NCBI RefSeq assembly: GCF_004010195.1
Contig: NC_057749.1
Span: 8,387,423 to 8,451,422, forward strand
Direction of reading: 5' to 3'
Source of the DNA: Chiloscyllium plagiosum
Lineage: Eukaryota
DNA: 64,000 bases
The notes below the pieces were generated by a model. That model ran no database searches and was not told where the DNA came from. It was given only the letters and a program-made list of their open reading frames with translations. Position numbers and translations under genes: made by a program. Shown here piece by piece: positions 37,153 through 49,804 of the stretch; position 1 is the first letter of the stretch, and each line of letters begins with the position of its first letter.

Positions 37153-38247
37153 CATCGACAGAATCATTCTGAATAACAGAGTGTAGCAATAGAGTTCACT
37201 CAATTGTTTTGCAAAAATCAACATGATTTGCAAACGTAAAATTTTCAATTTACGAAAATTGAAAAAATATGACCAACCAAGCCAGGTTATATTCTGGGAT
37301 CTGACTTATCCAGTGGAGCCATCCTCTGAGGATCATAATAGTGATGATCTCAGAAGTCCTCAAGATGTGAACTGTACCACCATCTTCTTATGGAGAACTG
37401 AAGGGTAGGTAATAAATATCAACTCTGCCCTTATCTTCAGAACAATTTTTTTCAAGTGATTAACTGACCAACCGCCATCTATGTGACTTGACGGCTGCAT
37501 TTTGTATAAGAAACAACAAGACACAGGCGTTAGAAAATAATCCCCCCGTTACAAAATGCCTAGGGGACGTGACAAGTCTCTCTAAATGCACGTTTTTCTT
37601 TTTGTAAACCCATAGCTGTGAAGAGATTATTTGTCCAATATCCTTATGTAATGCCTGCAGTTTTATTGAAGATTTATAAAAGCCTCTATCTGATCCACTA
37701 AGCTCTTGTGTAGAGCATTTTACGGAAAGTAACTAGGTCCATAAGTGTTCTTAGTGTTTTTTTTTTAAATCATCTACAGCAGCATTCTGAATGACTGGGT
37801 GTAGCAATGCAGTTCACTCAATTATTTCACAAAAAACAAAATGGATTTCCTAACGTAAAATTCTCAATTTAATAGATAAAGCTTGCTTTTAGGAAAATCC
37901 CTCTTGTGTGCAAAAACGGTCTGGAGGCCCTGATGTGGGATTATCGCTGTGTTCCTGTAAATGTGAAATGAGAATGTTTTAAAATAAAACACTGGAGTAA
38001 AAACGATGCAGACTGATTTTTGAAAGAGCAGAGGTGGAAAACATTCTCAGCATAATCTCGAGGAAAGGAAACCAAGGCTGCAATTAGACAAATCGTGAAC
38101 GATTTTATTGCAAATACCAGATTTACCCCATCAGGGAGTTCATGGGACCTTTTAGCTAATGGGAGAGATGACTATGTTAGGAATCCCAGTGATGACATGA
38201 AGAGTTTCATTTCTATAGTGCCTGTCACAACATCCCAATGAAATTCA

Positions 38248-38576
38248 TTGAATTCCTACAGTGTGGAAGCAGACCATTTGGCCCATCAAGTCCACACTGA
38301 CTCTCTGAGAAGTGTCTCACGCAGACCCACTCCCCTACCGCACTCTATCCCTGTAACCTTGCATTTCCCATGGCTAATATACCAGGCCTGCACAACTCTG
38401 GACACTACAGGCAACTTAGCACAGCCAAACCACCCTAATCTGCACTGTAGGACGAAATCCACGCCGACACGGGGAGAATGTGCAAACACCACACAGTTGC
38501 CTGAGGCTGGAATCCAGCCCAGATCCCTGGCGCTGTGACACAGCGGTGCTAGCCACTGAGCCACTGTGCCACCCCC
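38248..38576 (-). mobile_element. HE1-type V-SINE
   Basis: Head, V-domain and tail on minus strand. Confidence 0.9.
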
Positions 38577-38609
38577 TACAATATAAATTGTTTTCACTGT
38601 CATATGCCA

Positions 38610-39200
38610 ACAGTGGGGTGATGGCGGTGGAGTGTTAATCTCACTAGATGGCATCCCAGATGCCCCAACCTCAGGAGCGTGGGTATCAAATCCCACAGCA
38701 GCTGCTGCCATTTCAATTCAATTCATGAAATCAGGAAGCAGACAGCAGTAATGGTGACCATCAATTGTTGCTTAAAATCCATCTGGTTCACTAATGCCCT
38801 CTAGGGAAGAAACTGCCACCCTTACCTTGTCTGGCCTAAGTGTGACTCCAGACCCACTCTTGAATACCCTCTGGGCAATTAGGGATGGGCAATAAAAGTT
38901 AGACTTGCAGATCCCAGAGAAACAAAATTTTCACAATAAATAAATAAATGTTCTTGTCAGGAGTATGAATGTGGCTACATTTTCTTAATTCATGGGACTT
39001 GGGCATCTATGGTTGGGCCATCGTTTTATTGCTCGTCCCTAGTTGCCCCTGGAGAAGCTGGGAGTGAGCTGCCTTCTTGAACCACTGCAGTCCACCTGCT
39101 GTGGGTAGACTCATAATGCCCTCAGGGAGAGGGTGTCAGGATTTTGACACTGCAACTGTGAAGGAATGGCGATACATTTCCGAGTTGGGATGGTGAGGGA
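38610..39200. mobile_element. Second SINE family (+, 38610-38930) and related LINE tail (-, 38975-39200)
   Basis: gggcaattagggatgggcaataaa on both strands. Confidence 0.7.
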
Positions 39201-39929
39201 ACCTTGCTGTTTGTTTACTACCTTGCTACCTCTATCGTCACCTCCCTCGTCTGTGTTAAACGTAAAATCAATCAACCAACAAGAATGTTTCAGCTGTTTG
39301 CCACACCTCCCCCATATGGCTCAGAGTGGGATTTGCTGATTCCCGTGAAGCACCTTGCGATGTTCCCCAGCTACAAAGGCACCACATCAATCTGGATTGT
39401 TGTTGGCGTCTGTCAGGAGCGAGAAAGTGGGTGGGATTTTGAAGCTTGCCAGAAAAGTTAAAGCACAAAACAAGTAATTATTCGACACAATAGCTGCACT
39501 TCTGCCAACATACAGCAACTCAACTATCTCTGAGCTGCTAGGCAGCTTAGTTCTCATAAAGGGTTTTCACATTCCATCCTCTATAAAAGCTGATGTGTGC
39601 AAAGCTAAACTGCCCTTGCCTAGCCCACACCATAATCTGCTCCTATGCTGCATTGACATTCCTGGCCAGCCAAACCAGCTTTTATCCTCGTTTGCAAATC
39701 CCTCCAGTCCTTGTGCTCTCTCTCTCTCTCTGTCTTCAAAACTCTGTTGCAGTTTGACAAATCCAATTTCCCATGATATTTTGTCTGAAACACAACAGGT
39801 TCTCAAGAGCCCTATGATTCTGAACACTCTTGCAGTCCTCTGGAACTTTGCACAGCTCCCAGGATTGGGCTCTGCGATGTCTGGAACAATGCTGCCCTCT
39901 GCTGAATCCATGGGCAAACAGCAGGCCCC

Positions 39930-40225
39930 ATTTCAGAAACAGAAACACAAACTGCTGGAGAAACTCGGCAGGTCTGCAGAGCAAGCAGAGTCAGCCTTTC
40001 GAGTCCAGTGACCCTTCTTCAGAAATGTAAAGGGAAGTTGCAGGCAAAACCCAATCTGGCAGCATCTGTGGCAAGAAAAACGCAGTTAATGTCTGGAGTC
40101 TGGTCACTCTTCATCAGTTACTGGAGTCGAACTGTTTAATCTGTTTCTCTCCCTACAGATGCTGCGAGACCTGCTGAGTTTCTCCTGCATTCTCTGTTTT
40201 TGTTTCAGATCTCCAGCATCCACAG
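39930..40225. mobile_element. Family C Penelope-like ends, duplicated and fold-back
   Basis: Minus strand CTGAAGA-A-GGGTC-ACTG-GACTC-GAAA at 40022-39997; inverted arm 40140-40225. Confidence 0.65.
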
Positions 40226-40227
40226 CT

Positions 40228-41395
40228 AGATAGAGTAATAGAGTTCCACATCAGGGAAACAGACCCTTCGGTTCAAATCATCTATGTCAGCCAAGTTGCC
40301 CGAACTAAACTAGTCCCACTTGCCTGTGTTTGGTCCTCTTTCCTACTCATGTACCTGTCCAAACCTCTTTTCAATGTCGTACCTATTCCTGTATCTAGCA
40401 CTTCCTCTGGCAGCTCATTCAATACCCGCACTACCCAATGTGAAAAGGTTGCCCCTCAGGTTCCTTTTAAATCTTTCTCCTCTCACCTTAAACCTATGTC
40501 CTCTAGTTTTGAACTCCCTTATCCTGGTAAATGCTGTTCACCTTATCTATGTTCCTCATGATTTTTATAAACCTCTACAAGATTACCCCTCAGCATCCTT
40601 GAAAAAAGGACCCAGTCTATCCAGCCTCTCCTTACAACTCAATCCTTCCAAACCCGGTAACATCCTTGTAAATTTTGACTGCGCCTTCTCCAATTTAACA
40701 TCTTTCCTGTAGCAGGGCAATCAGAACTGTACATTGGTGAGGCCAATTTTGGAATACAACGTCCTGTACAAACCCAAGCTGACCTCTCAACTCCTGTACT
40801 CAATGCACTGACCAAGGAAGGCAAGGGTACCGAACACCTTCTTCACTCTGTCTGTGCGAGACACAACTTTCAAACAACTATACACCTGCATCCCTCGGTC
40901 TCTTTGTTAACTACACTCCCCAGGGCCCTGCCATTAACTGTATAAGTCCTGCCCTGATTTATCTTTCCAAAATTCAACATCTTGCATTTTTCAAAGTTAA
41001 AGTCCATCTGCAACTCCTTGGCTCATTGGCCCAATTCAGAAAGATCCCTTTGTAATCTTCTTTGCTGTCCACTATGCCAAACAATTTTGGTGTCATCCAC
41101 AAACCTACTAACCATGCTTCCTTTATTCTCATCGAAATTGTTTTTACAAATTGTGAACAACAGTGGACACTGCTGGTCACAAGCCTCCAATCTGAAAGAA
41201 ACCCTCCACCACTTTCCTCTGTCTCCTACCATCAAGCCGATGCTGTATCCAATTGGCTAGATCCACCAGACCACATGTGATCTAACTTTACTAACCAGTA
41301 CACCATACAGAACCTTGTCAATGGTCTCACTAAAGTCCATGGCAACGACATCTACCCTCTGCCTTCATCTATCCTATTGGTCATATCCTCAAATA
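40228..41395 (-). mobile_element. CR1 LINE RT to 3' end
   Basis: LLFTICKNNFDE...SRFVDDTKI; tail. Confidence 0.9.
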
Positions 41396-41567
41396 ATGGC
41401 TGCTAATTGCTTGCCCACTTACTGAACTTGTCTATATCTGATTCCAGTTTGTTTGGTCATTCCGTACAGCTTTCTCTCCCACCCAGCCCTGGTCTTGTAA
41501 GTGAACCCGGAGATATTACACTTGTTCCCTTCATCTAAATCCACTCTTATCAATTGTAAATGGCTGA

Positions 41568-42098
41568 CCCCATCTATTCCAAATCCCCTCCATTCCCAAC
41601 CCCCTCCATTTCCCACTCCCTCNNNNNNNNNNNNNNNNNNNNNNNNNNNNNNNNNNNNNNNNNNNNNNNNNNNNNNNNNNNNNNNNNNNNNNNNNNNNNN
41701 NNNNNNNNNNNNNNNNNNNNNNNNNNNNNNNNNNNNNNNNNNNNNNNNNNNNNNNNNNNNNNNNNNNNNNNNNNNNNNNNNNNNNNNNNNNNNNNNNNNN
41801 NNNNNNNNNNNNNNNNNNNNNNNNNNNNNNNNNNNNNNNNNNNNNNNNNNNNNNNNNNNNNNNNNNNNNNNNNNNNNNNNNNNNNNNNNNNNNNNNNNNN
41901 NNNNNNNNNNNNNNNNNNNNNNNNNNNNNNNNNNNNNNNNNNNNNNNNNNNNNNNNNNNNNNNNNNNNNNNNNNNNNNNNNNNNNNNNNNNNNNNNNNNN
42001 NAACCCCATCCATTCCCCAACCCCATCCATTCCCCATTCCCTCCATTCCCTGCCCCCTCAATTCCCCACTCCCTCCATTCCAACCCCTCCATCCCTCA
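41568..42098. repeat. C-rich minisatellite (CCCTCCATTCCCCA-like) flanking gap 41623-42001
   Basis: Repeated CCATTCCC units on both sides of the N run. Confidence 0.85.
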
Positions 42099-42344
42099 GC
42101 TCCTCAATGCTTTGTCATAATTCCAAGTCAAGTCAGGATAGTATAGACTGTTCGGTCCAGCTTGTCCATCTATAGGCTGCGATCTTATACTGAAATGTGA
42201 GAACAGCCAATGCTATTGTTGGAAGGCTATGTTGGTATTAACGGGTGAACAGTGTTAATGTATCTCCTCCTGAAATAGTCCGTGTAAATTAGTTACTGGT
42301 CTGTGTCCAACTGGGACTCCTTCCTCTCTGGGCAATGCCTGGAT

Positions 42345-42695
42345 TCTACAAATTCCATCCTTGTTTCCTATCCCTCCACAACCTGGCCCCTCACTACCTC
42401 TGTGACTCCCTCCAGGCACACAAACACTTCAAGATCTGTCCCTACAGGCCCTTGCGCCCAACCTCGATTTTAAGTGCCCCATTGTGTACTGGGTCCCAGA
42501 ATTCCCTCTTTTCCCAAGTCTCTCTGAACAGAGACCCAGCTTAAAAACCTAACTCTTTGACCAGTGTAGATCACTGTCCTTAATGCACCATGATGTGGGG
42601 TCATTGGCCGATATTGGTGCTTGATGATTACTCCAATGCAGAGTGCTGGGGAGGATTTGCAGTGTTAAAGGCTCTATATAAATGCAACTCGTCAT
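42345..42695 (+). mobile_element. L2 LINE 3' end
   Basis: SLHNLAPHYLCDSL, ttaaaaacctaactctttgacca, tail ctatataaatgcaa. Confidence 0.65.
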
Positions 42696-43414
42696 TACCC
42701 TGCAACCCCCACCCACCGAACCTTAATGCTGTCTGTACTCTGAACACTCGAGTCAATACTCTGTCTCTGCCTTCCACCTCATAGCCAGAAGGCCCGTCAA
42801 ACTGAGGAGCTGTGTCACTCGGTGCGTTTAATATTCCCTGGCACAAGAAAGGAATGACTATTACAACATAATTTTACAAATGTCAGGTTAACTTCTTGTA
42901 CAGAACAGAACTATTACTTGAGAAGAACTCATTCTTCAGATGTCAGGAGAGATAGCTGCAGACTTTATGAAATGACACACCGAGATGTTATAAATAAGCG
43001 ATAATACAGGAGGAAACTGCATTATTCATGTTTTGCAACATGACCCCCAAAGTGTTTAAATTAAGTAATAACATGGACGTGGGCATGCTTTCTGGTTCAC
43101 TGAAGAAGCAATGATCAAACTGAATGCAAGGTATCAGACAATTACTTAGCATAAATTACTCTTTGCCAAGATTCCTTACAATATACACCTACAGTTACTG
43201 TACAGTCCGACACTTCAAATTAATTCATTTTAGGCTCCCGAGTCTCTATTCAGTCCGCTCTGAATCTTCTAATTTAAATAAGCTTCCTCCGTGACTCCCG
43301 GCTCTTGTTGCTGAGTTATAAAGTCATGGGTTCAAGACTCACTTTCCACAGCCATAAGCCGAGGCCAGCAGCCCACTGCCGCATTGAGGAAATGCTACAC
43401 CTCCCTTCAGAGGC

Positions 43415-43648
43415 CTGAGACCTTTCAGCCAAAGTGCAATGGGGGTCCGTTCAGCTATTGGACCCTCTCAGAGTCTCAGATATCTGAAAATATAGTCTTG
43501 TACAAGTCAGAAAATGCCTTGGGTTTACATGTTGGGTAGAGTCAAACTCCAATCATTGTTTGTCCCTTGATAGGCTATTGTACAGAACCAAACTGCTTCA
43601 ATAACTATGTATATAAAGGTATATTTACAAATAAAGTATATCTTTAAA
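43415..43648 (+). mobile_element. Tx1-like LINE 3' UTR, extra copy
   Basis: Direct repeat of 44289-44518. Confidence 0.8.
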
Positions 43649-43694
43649 GGAAGCCCCCCTGGTGAATATCTTGCATTCGTAAGTTTGAACTGTG

Positions 43695-44520
43695 CAGAGG
43701 AATTTGTGTGGTCAGCATTTGTGTGGTCCTCCGGATCCTGCAGGAAAAGGAGAGGGTGGATGCTGACAGGAGGTCCCCTGAGCAGACTTGCAAAGTTGTT
43801 TGGCAGAATGCCTCATCGGCAGAACTTTCCAACAAGCACCAGGACATCGATTTGTGAGGAGGGCACTACCAGTGAGATCCTTCCTGTACAGTCTGTGCCA
43901 CTGCACTCTGCCCTCAAAACAGCTGCTGGGGTGAGTGCAGACTGTCACCCATCTCCCTCTGGAATGTGACTTCGCAAAGGAAGTCAGGAGAGAGATGTAA
44001 TGGCTATTGTCAAGGTTCGTCCCAAGCAGTTCTGTGACACAGGACTCTGCTCTGCGGGCTGTTCCCCTGATCGCACACTGAGACAAACAGCAACCGCACT
44101 TGGAGGACCGACAACTCAGTCTAAGATGGCCGTTGCTCTGCCCGAAACCTGTTGGTCTTCTAGAGCAAGGAGGTGACCTCGACGGGGTGTAGCAGACTGG
44201 CATATTCCAAGGTCCAGGACCACGTGCTGAGGGATGCACTAAAGCCAGAGGCCACAGCTGCCAAGACGCAGTGGGGAAAGACCACTGTCTGAGACCTTTC
44301 AGCCAAAGTGCAATGGGGTCCGTTCAGCTATTGGACCCTCCCAGAGCCTCAAATATCTGCAAATATAGTCTTGTACAAGTCAGAAAATGCCTTGGGTTTA
44401 CATTACCCCAATCACTACCTGTCCCCTTCGAATACTACTGTACAGAACTAAACTGGTTCAATAACTATGTATATAAAGGTATTTTTACAAATAAGGTATA
44501 TTTTTGAAATTAAAAAAACA
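43695..44520 (+). mobile_element. Tx1-like LINE ORF2 C-terminus and 3' UTR
   Basis: WQNASSAELSNKHQD, ECDFAKEVRREM*WLLSRFVPSSSVTQDS (zinc-knuckle region), A-rich end. Confidence 0.8.
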
Positions 44521-44689
44521 TTTCTCACTGCACCCACAACAGCACAACAAATTAGCCAGTTGCTTATCACATCACTGATTGTTGGGGCTTGCTGTATGCA
44601 AATTTGCTGTTCTGTTTCCTCCATTACAACAATTACCACATTTCAATCAGTGCTTCAGGATTGTGGGGAAAAGGCACATTTTGGCAGTT

Positions 44690-44900
44690 TATTGTCAGTA
44701 ACCATCTAACTAGTGCAATCTCCACAATGACACGCCTCTACAAATTGGCACACAAATCACACTCTCCTCTCGTACGTGTATTGTTTTCCCTTTCATTGAT
44801 ATTCCTTGCACATTGTCCTGATGAGTGCAAGACCAAAATGTTTATCAAAGTGCATCCTTCTTTCCAGCAATATTGATGTCTGCACTGCCAGACGATGTCT
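44690..44900 (+). mobile_element. Possible Penelope-like end (family D) with decayed hammerhead
   Basis: ttgtcCTGATGA-GT-GCAAG-AC-CAAAA at 44813-44838. Confidence 0.4.
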
Positions 44901-45404
44901 TATAAACACCACTTCATTGGCTATAAAAACACTTCGAGACATCCTGTGACAGGTGCTATCTAAATTCTACAGTTTCTTTTACTTGCCCACTCACACTATT
45001 ATATGCATGTGGTCCAGCTCTTATGGGACCTATTATTATAAGGAGCTATTCTGAGCTAAAATGGGTCCATCTGTGTATAAAAGATCCATGATCAAGGATG
45101 AGAATTTTAAAACTAAGTCTCTTCCTAACCATCTTGAATACAGTATGTGAAAATTACCACACTGATTTTCAGATTCATTAACTGTGGCTTTATACTGAGC
45201 ATCCTGAACAACCACAAACAATCCCAGTGCTGGGGCCTGTCACTGTCTAATACACACCTGTAAAAGGTAAAGGCTCCTGCAGGTCGACTGTGTTGTTCTA
45301 ACCGTGCCAATAACTCATTTCTATGGATAAGTAATCATACTGTTGATAATGTTTTCTGCTGTTCTGTTCCACTCTCTCTCATGCCCACAACTAAAGAACA
45401 CTGG

Positions 45405-45895
45405 ATACACACCCACACACACACACCCACACACTCACTCTCTCTCCCACACAGACACACACACACACACAACACACACGCGCAGAGAGACACACAGATT
45501 CACAAACACACAGAGGTACACACGCACATGCATGCATACTCACACACACACACAGACATGCACACATACTCAGACAGATACGCACGCAACTCAAGTATGC
45601 ACACACAGAATATACACATACAAAACACCTTACACAAAATATTCAGAGACAAAAACACATAAACATGCAGAATATGAGGTGCAAGCACATACACACACAT
45701 ACAATGTGCAGGTACACACATAACATACAAACACACACACCAAATATTCAGACACCCATTCACACACACAACAGGCACACATACACACACCATGAACATA
45801 CAGATATGTGGCACACACATAATGTACAGACACAAGCAATATGCACACACACACACACACAGAATATTCAGACACAAGTTCACAACATACAAACA
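45405..45895. repeat. Degenerate (CA)n microsatellite
   Basis: Direct inspection. Confidence 0.95.
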
Positions 45896-46025
45896 GAACA
45901 AAAACTGAAAGCTCAGCAGGTCTGGCAGCATCTGAAGAGAAATCAGAGTTAATGCTCAGGCCCCACAACAGGCAACTTCTGGTTTTGTTTCTGATTTACA
46001 ACATCCGCAGATCTTTTGGTTTTTA
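45890..46025. mobile_element. Family C fold-back remnant
   Basis: ctcagcaggtctggcagcatctg arm and an inverted tttctgatttacaacatccgcag arm. Confidence 0.55.
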
Positions 46026-47319
46026 TACAATCAAAACATGCAAGCATACAAATGGAAGACACAATGAATATACAGGCATGCAAAACAGCTAACACCGAAT
46101 ATTCAGTCACAAACACGCGGAATTTGGAAAAACACACACACTCCAATGAAATACTTTAACATGATTTCTGGAACCATAAACACGAAAAACTTTATGTTAC
46201 AAGATTTCACCTGTCCGTGTAGAATGACTTTCTGATGGTTTGTATCTCAATACTACCATGACCATTACTGAAGTAGATGTGGCTCCACTGGTCAGGAGAT
46301 TGAATATCCCATCATCAAAAATATATTCCCTTTTGTAACATGGAATCCCCACTCATGCAATTAATATTTACAGTTTCTTTTGTGGGGTTTTGGAGGATTT
46401 TACTAATGGCTGGGGGCTGACCTTATCTTGTGGTGGACATATTTGTTCCCTTTGCTTGGTTGCAGTGTGTCTGAACTACAGTCAGCCCATGGAAAGGCCA
46501 GGGAGGAGCCTCTGCAGTGTTGGCAGGGGAGCTGGGGCCCAATTACCATGGAGATTTTAAAAGGAATAGAGTTCAGAATCTGTTTGTAAAAGTTATTCAT
46601 TCGTGTTTCACTTTTAAACTGAATTTCTCTGGATTGAAACCACCAACCACAATAAACAGGGATTCTGTCAGACCATCCACGCGAAGGAACCTTCACTGGT
46701 CATGGACGTAGTCAAAAATCATGTGAATTAATATTCATAACTATCAATTTTAATTATTTCTAATTATAACCTCTTTCCATTGCTCCTTTTCTCTTCCATC
46801 TTCTTTGTTCAGCTGCGTGTTTGTCTGTGTCGCAACAACCATTCCCCAGTTTTAAAAATATGAACAAGCGCTTTTGGTTTAATGTTGAAATGAGTTTCTT
46901 CCAGTTTATTTTAATCATACTGAGAGTGTGAGGGGTAACACATCACAGCCTAGTTAAAAAGGGAAAAGGAAAGTAAGAATTCAAAATCCCTCCCTTCATG
47001 ACGAGAAGGAGAGAAAGCTAAAATAGCTCCATTTACCTCTTTCTCTTGAAAGTTAGACAAATGCATGAGTGAGAAAGGAGTAGAAGGCAGTGCAGATAGA
47101 GTGAGATGACAGCTCAGGCAAACAAAGAAAATAGGAGTAGGCCATTCATCCCTTCTTGCCTGCTCCCCCATTCAATAGGATTTTGGCTGATCATATTATC
47201 ACCTCCACTGAAATTATCCAAGACACTAATGAAAACCCACAGTGGGCTCATCACCCTGCCAGACAGCTCCTCCAGAATCTCTCAGTGAGATGTGAACACA
47301 GCTTTGCAAAAGCAAGTCA

Positions 47320-47560
47320 TAGTCATAAAAGTTCAGAAGAAGAATTGTACCATTAACTCTGTTTCTCTCTGCCAAAGCTGCTAAGTTTCTCCAGCAATTT
47401 CTGGTTTTGGCTTGTATCAGATCTTCAGCATCCGAAATTCTTTGTTTTATTTATCAGCTTGTCTCGTTCCACGGATGCTGCCAGACCTGTTGAGTTTTCT
47501 TTGCCCAGCACTGTCTGGGCTTGTTACGGGTTTCCAGCATCTGCAGTATTTCGCTTTGAT
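47320..47560 (+). mobile_element. Family C Penelope-like ends, two tandem remnants
   Basis: ttaactctgtttctctc...ccagcatctgcagtattt. Confidence 0.55.
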
Positions 47561-47694
47561 TCAATGCTGGCTACTGATGGCACACTCCAGAGCGTCAGCT
47601 GCAACTCACGTTATCACAGAAACAGCTTGGAGAAAAAAAAACTCAGTAATTACACTTACTTTTAATACTTAATGGGGAATGATGTTTGCGAACA

Positions 47695-48345
47695 GAACCA
47701 TCAACTCAGTGAAGGACACTCTTTAGGCGGCCCGAAGCCTGCTGATCTTCCAGCACAAGGAGTTAACCTTTTCCGAGAGTTGCAGACTGGCATATTCCAA
47801 GGTCCAGGAATCCAAAGATGTGCAGGTTAGGGCGGAGTGACCATGCTAAATTGCCCATGGTATCCAGGGATGCACAGGTCAGGGTGGAGTGGCGATAATA
47901 AATTACCCATGTGTCCAGGGATGTGCAGGTTAGGGTGGATTGCCACTCTAAATTACCCGTGGTGTCCAGGGATGTGCAGGTTAAGGTGGATTGGCCATGT
48001 TAAATTACCCATGGTGTCCAGGGATGTGCAGGCTAGATTAACCATGGGAAATGCAGTGTGACATGGATAGGGTAGGGGTGTTGGGTTTGGGTGGGATGCT
48101 CTTCAGAAGGTTGGTGTGGACACAATGGGTTGAACGGCCAGTTTCCACATTGTAGGGATCCTTTAGAAAGTCTACTTCCTGAGGTACGCACTGAAGCTTG
48201 GGCCAGCTGCCGCCAAGGCGCAGTGGGAAAGACCACTGCCTGAGGGTTTTTTGCAAACGTACAATTAAGACCAGTTCAGTTATCAGACCTCCTCAGTGCC
48301 TCATATATATGTAAACATTGACCCATATAAATAAGAAATGCCTTG
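47695..48345 (+). mobile_element. Tx1-like ORF2 3' fragment interrupted by a headless V-SINE (47811-48160)
   Basis: gcagactggcatattccaaggtccagga | ctacttcctgaggtacgcactgaag...gcagtgggaaagaccactg matches 44192-44290. Confidence 0.8.
47815..48035 (+). repeat. ~51-bp tandem repeat x~4.3 inside the SINE body
   Basis: CCAGGGATGTGCAGGTTAGGGTGGATT...AAATTACCCATGGTGT units. Confidence 0.9.
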
Positions 48346-48569
48346 GGATTTTTTTGGAATCGCAGGGAATGCCAAATTCCAATACAAAAAATCTACAGAA
48401 TTGTTGGGTCAAAATTCCTGAATTCACTCCCTTGTGAGTCAACCTACAACACATTGGCTGCGACGGTTCAAGAAGTAAGCTCACCCCCACCTTCTTAAGG
48501 GGCAACTAGGGACAGACAATAAACACTGGTGCTGACAGCGAGACCCATTTCCCAATAGTGAATAAAATC

Positions 48570-48700
48570 ATTCTTGACGAAGGGACTTTGCCCGAAACAT
48601 CGATTTTCCTGCTCCTTGGATGCTGCCTGACCTGCTGTGCTTTTCCGGCACCACTCTAATCTAGACTCTGATTTCCAGCATCTGCAGTCCTCACTTTTGT
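48570..48700 (+). mobile_element. Penelope-like 3' end (family A), mutated hammerhead
   Basis: TTGACGA-A-GGGA-CTTT-GCCC-GAAA-CATC at 48574-48601. Confidence 0.75.
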
Positions 48701-49804
48701 CTGAATAAAAAAACTCGTCCAGTGACATTAAGCCACCAACATCCCTGACTCGTAGGGACATTAAGGCAAGGGCAGGAGCTCAGTTCATTTCTCAGGCTCC
48801 TGACAACCCGAGAAGGTAAAATTGATGGGCCAGAGCCAAAGATTGATTCATACGTGTCGACACTGAAATCGCTTAACATAATTTTTTTTTAGCAAGAGCG
48901 CAAATCTCGGTCGTGTTTTACGTTTGTAAAGCTCTGATCATACCACCTGTCCCGCTGGAGCCTTCAGCACAGTTGCGTGTTGTCACCTCAATAGGGCTGA
49001 TGTGGCAGGTGGGAAATGCAAGGATGTGCAAACAAACCTCTTGACTAATGAGATGTCTTTATTGGAATGAACGGTGATTTGTATCTGAATGATTCATTCA
49101 AATGGCATCCTTAAACACACACAGGGTTCTGAAGCTAATAATGTGTGCTCATCTGCACAGCTCTGCTCCCTAATTCATTTCCGCATTAGAGGCAGCATTT
49201 GTGTTATGACAATAGCATCAGTCTTGCTCATTATAGTAAAAATGTTACATACATTATACAATCTTACATAAATGATATGCATAATGCCCTGCAAATGATT
49301 GGTTTTGAAAAATGTATTCTTCAGCAGTCAAATCCCGTCCCTGCCAACGTACTCAATTATACAAGGGGCTTCAAACCTGGAGAGAGGCTGCATATTATCT
49401 GCAATCTTCTTAACTCCAAAAGACCTTGAAGTGCAGCCAAAAACTGTTAAGAAGAAATCAGAGTGACTCAGGGCGTTGCAACTTCAGTGGTGTCCCATTG
49501 GTTAGACAATCGGAGGTGGCAAGCCGGCATTGTGATCGAAGCCACAGTCCTCGGGAAAACACTAGAAGGTCAACTAGTACTGTAGGTTAGTTCACAACGT
49601 AGACTGACACACGTTCAATTCTCACACCAGCTGAGGCTACTGTGAAAGTCTTGCATTCTCAATTGTATCCTTTGCCATGACCCTCATGTTAAGCCACCAC
49701 CATCAATATGTGTGTGTCTCTCTCTCTCTCTCATGATCAATCTCTTGATTTAACACATCGAATGCGTTCCATTGGAATGTGTCCTCTTTGTTGCTGTCAT
49801 CAGG

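Larger units (their letters stand above)
43290..44980 (+). mobile_element. Deu-type SINE relic fragmented by nested inserts (pieces 43290-43414, 44525-44660, 44905-44980)
   Basis: B-box gggttcaagactc, Deu core, acttcattggctataaaa...gctatctaaat tail. Confidence 0.55.

Noticed and set aside
39595..40011. 138-aa ORF
   Set aside because: Non-ATG start, includes a (CT)n tract and repeat sequence, no recognisable homology
43415..44518. LTR retrotransposon suggested by direct repeats
   Set aside because: No TG...CA termini, PBS or PPT; the repeats are Tx1 3' UTRs
45343..46092. His/Thr- and Cys/Val-rich ORFs
   Set aside because: (CA)n microsatellite translations
46330..47005. Possible solo LTR
   Set aside because: Single copy; termini and TSD could not be established
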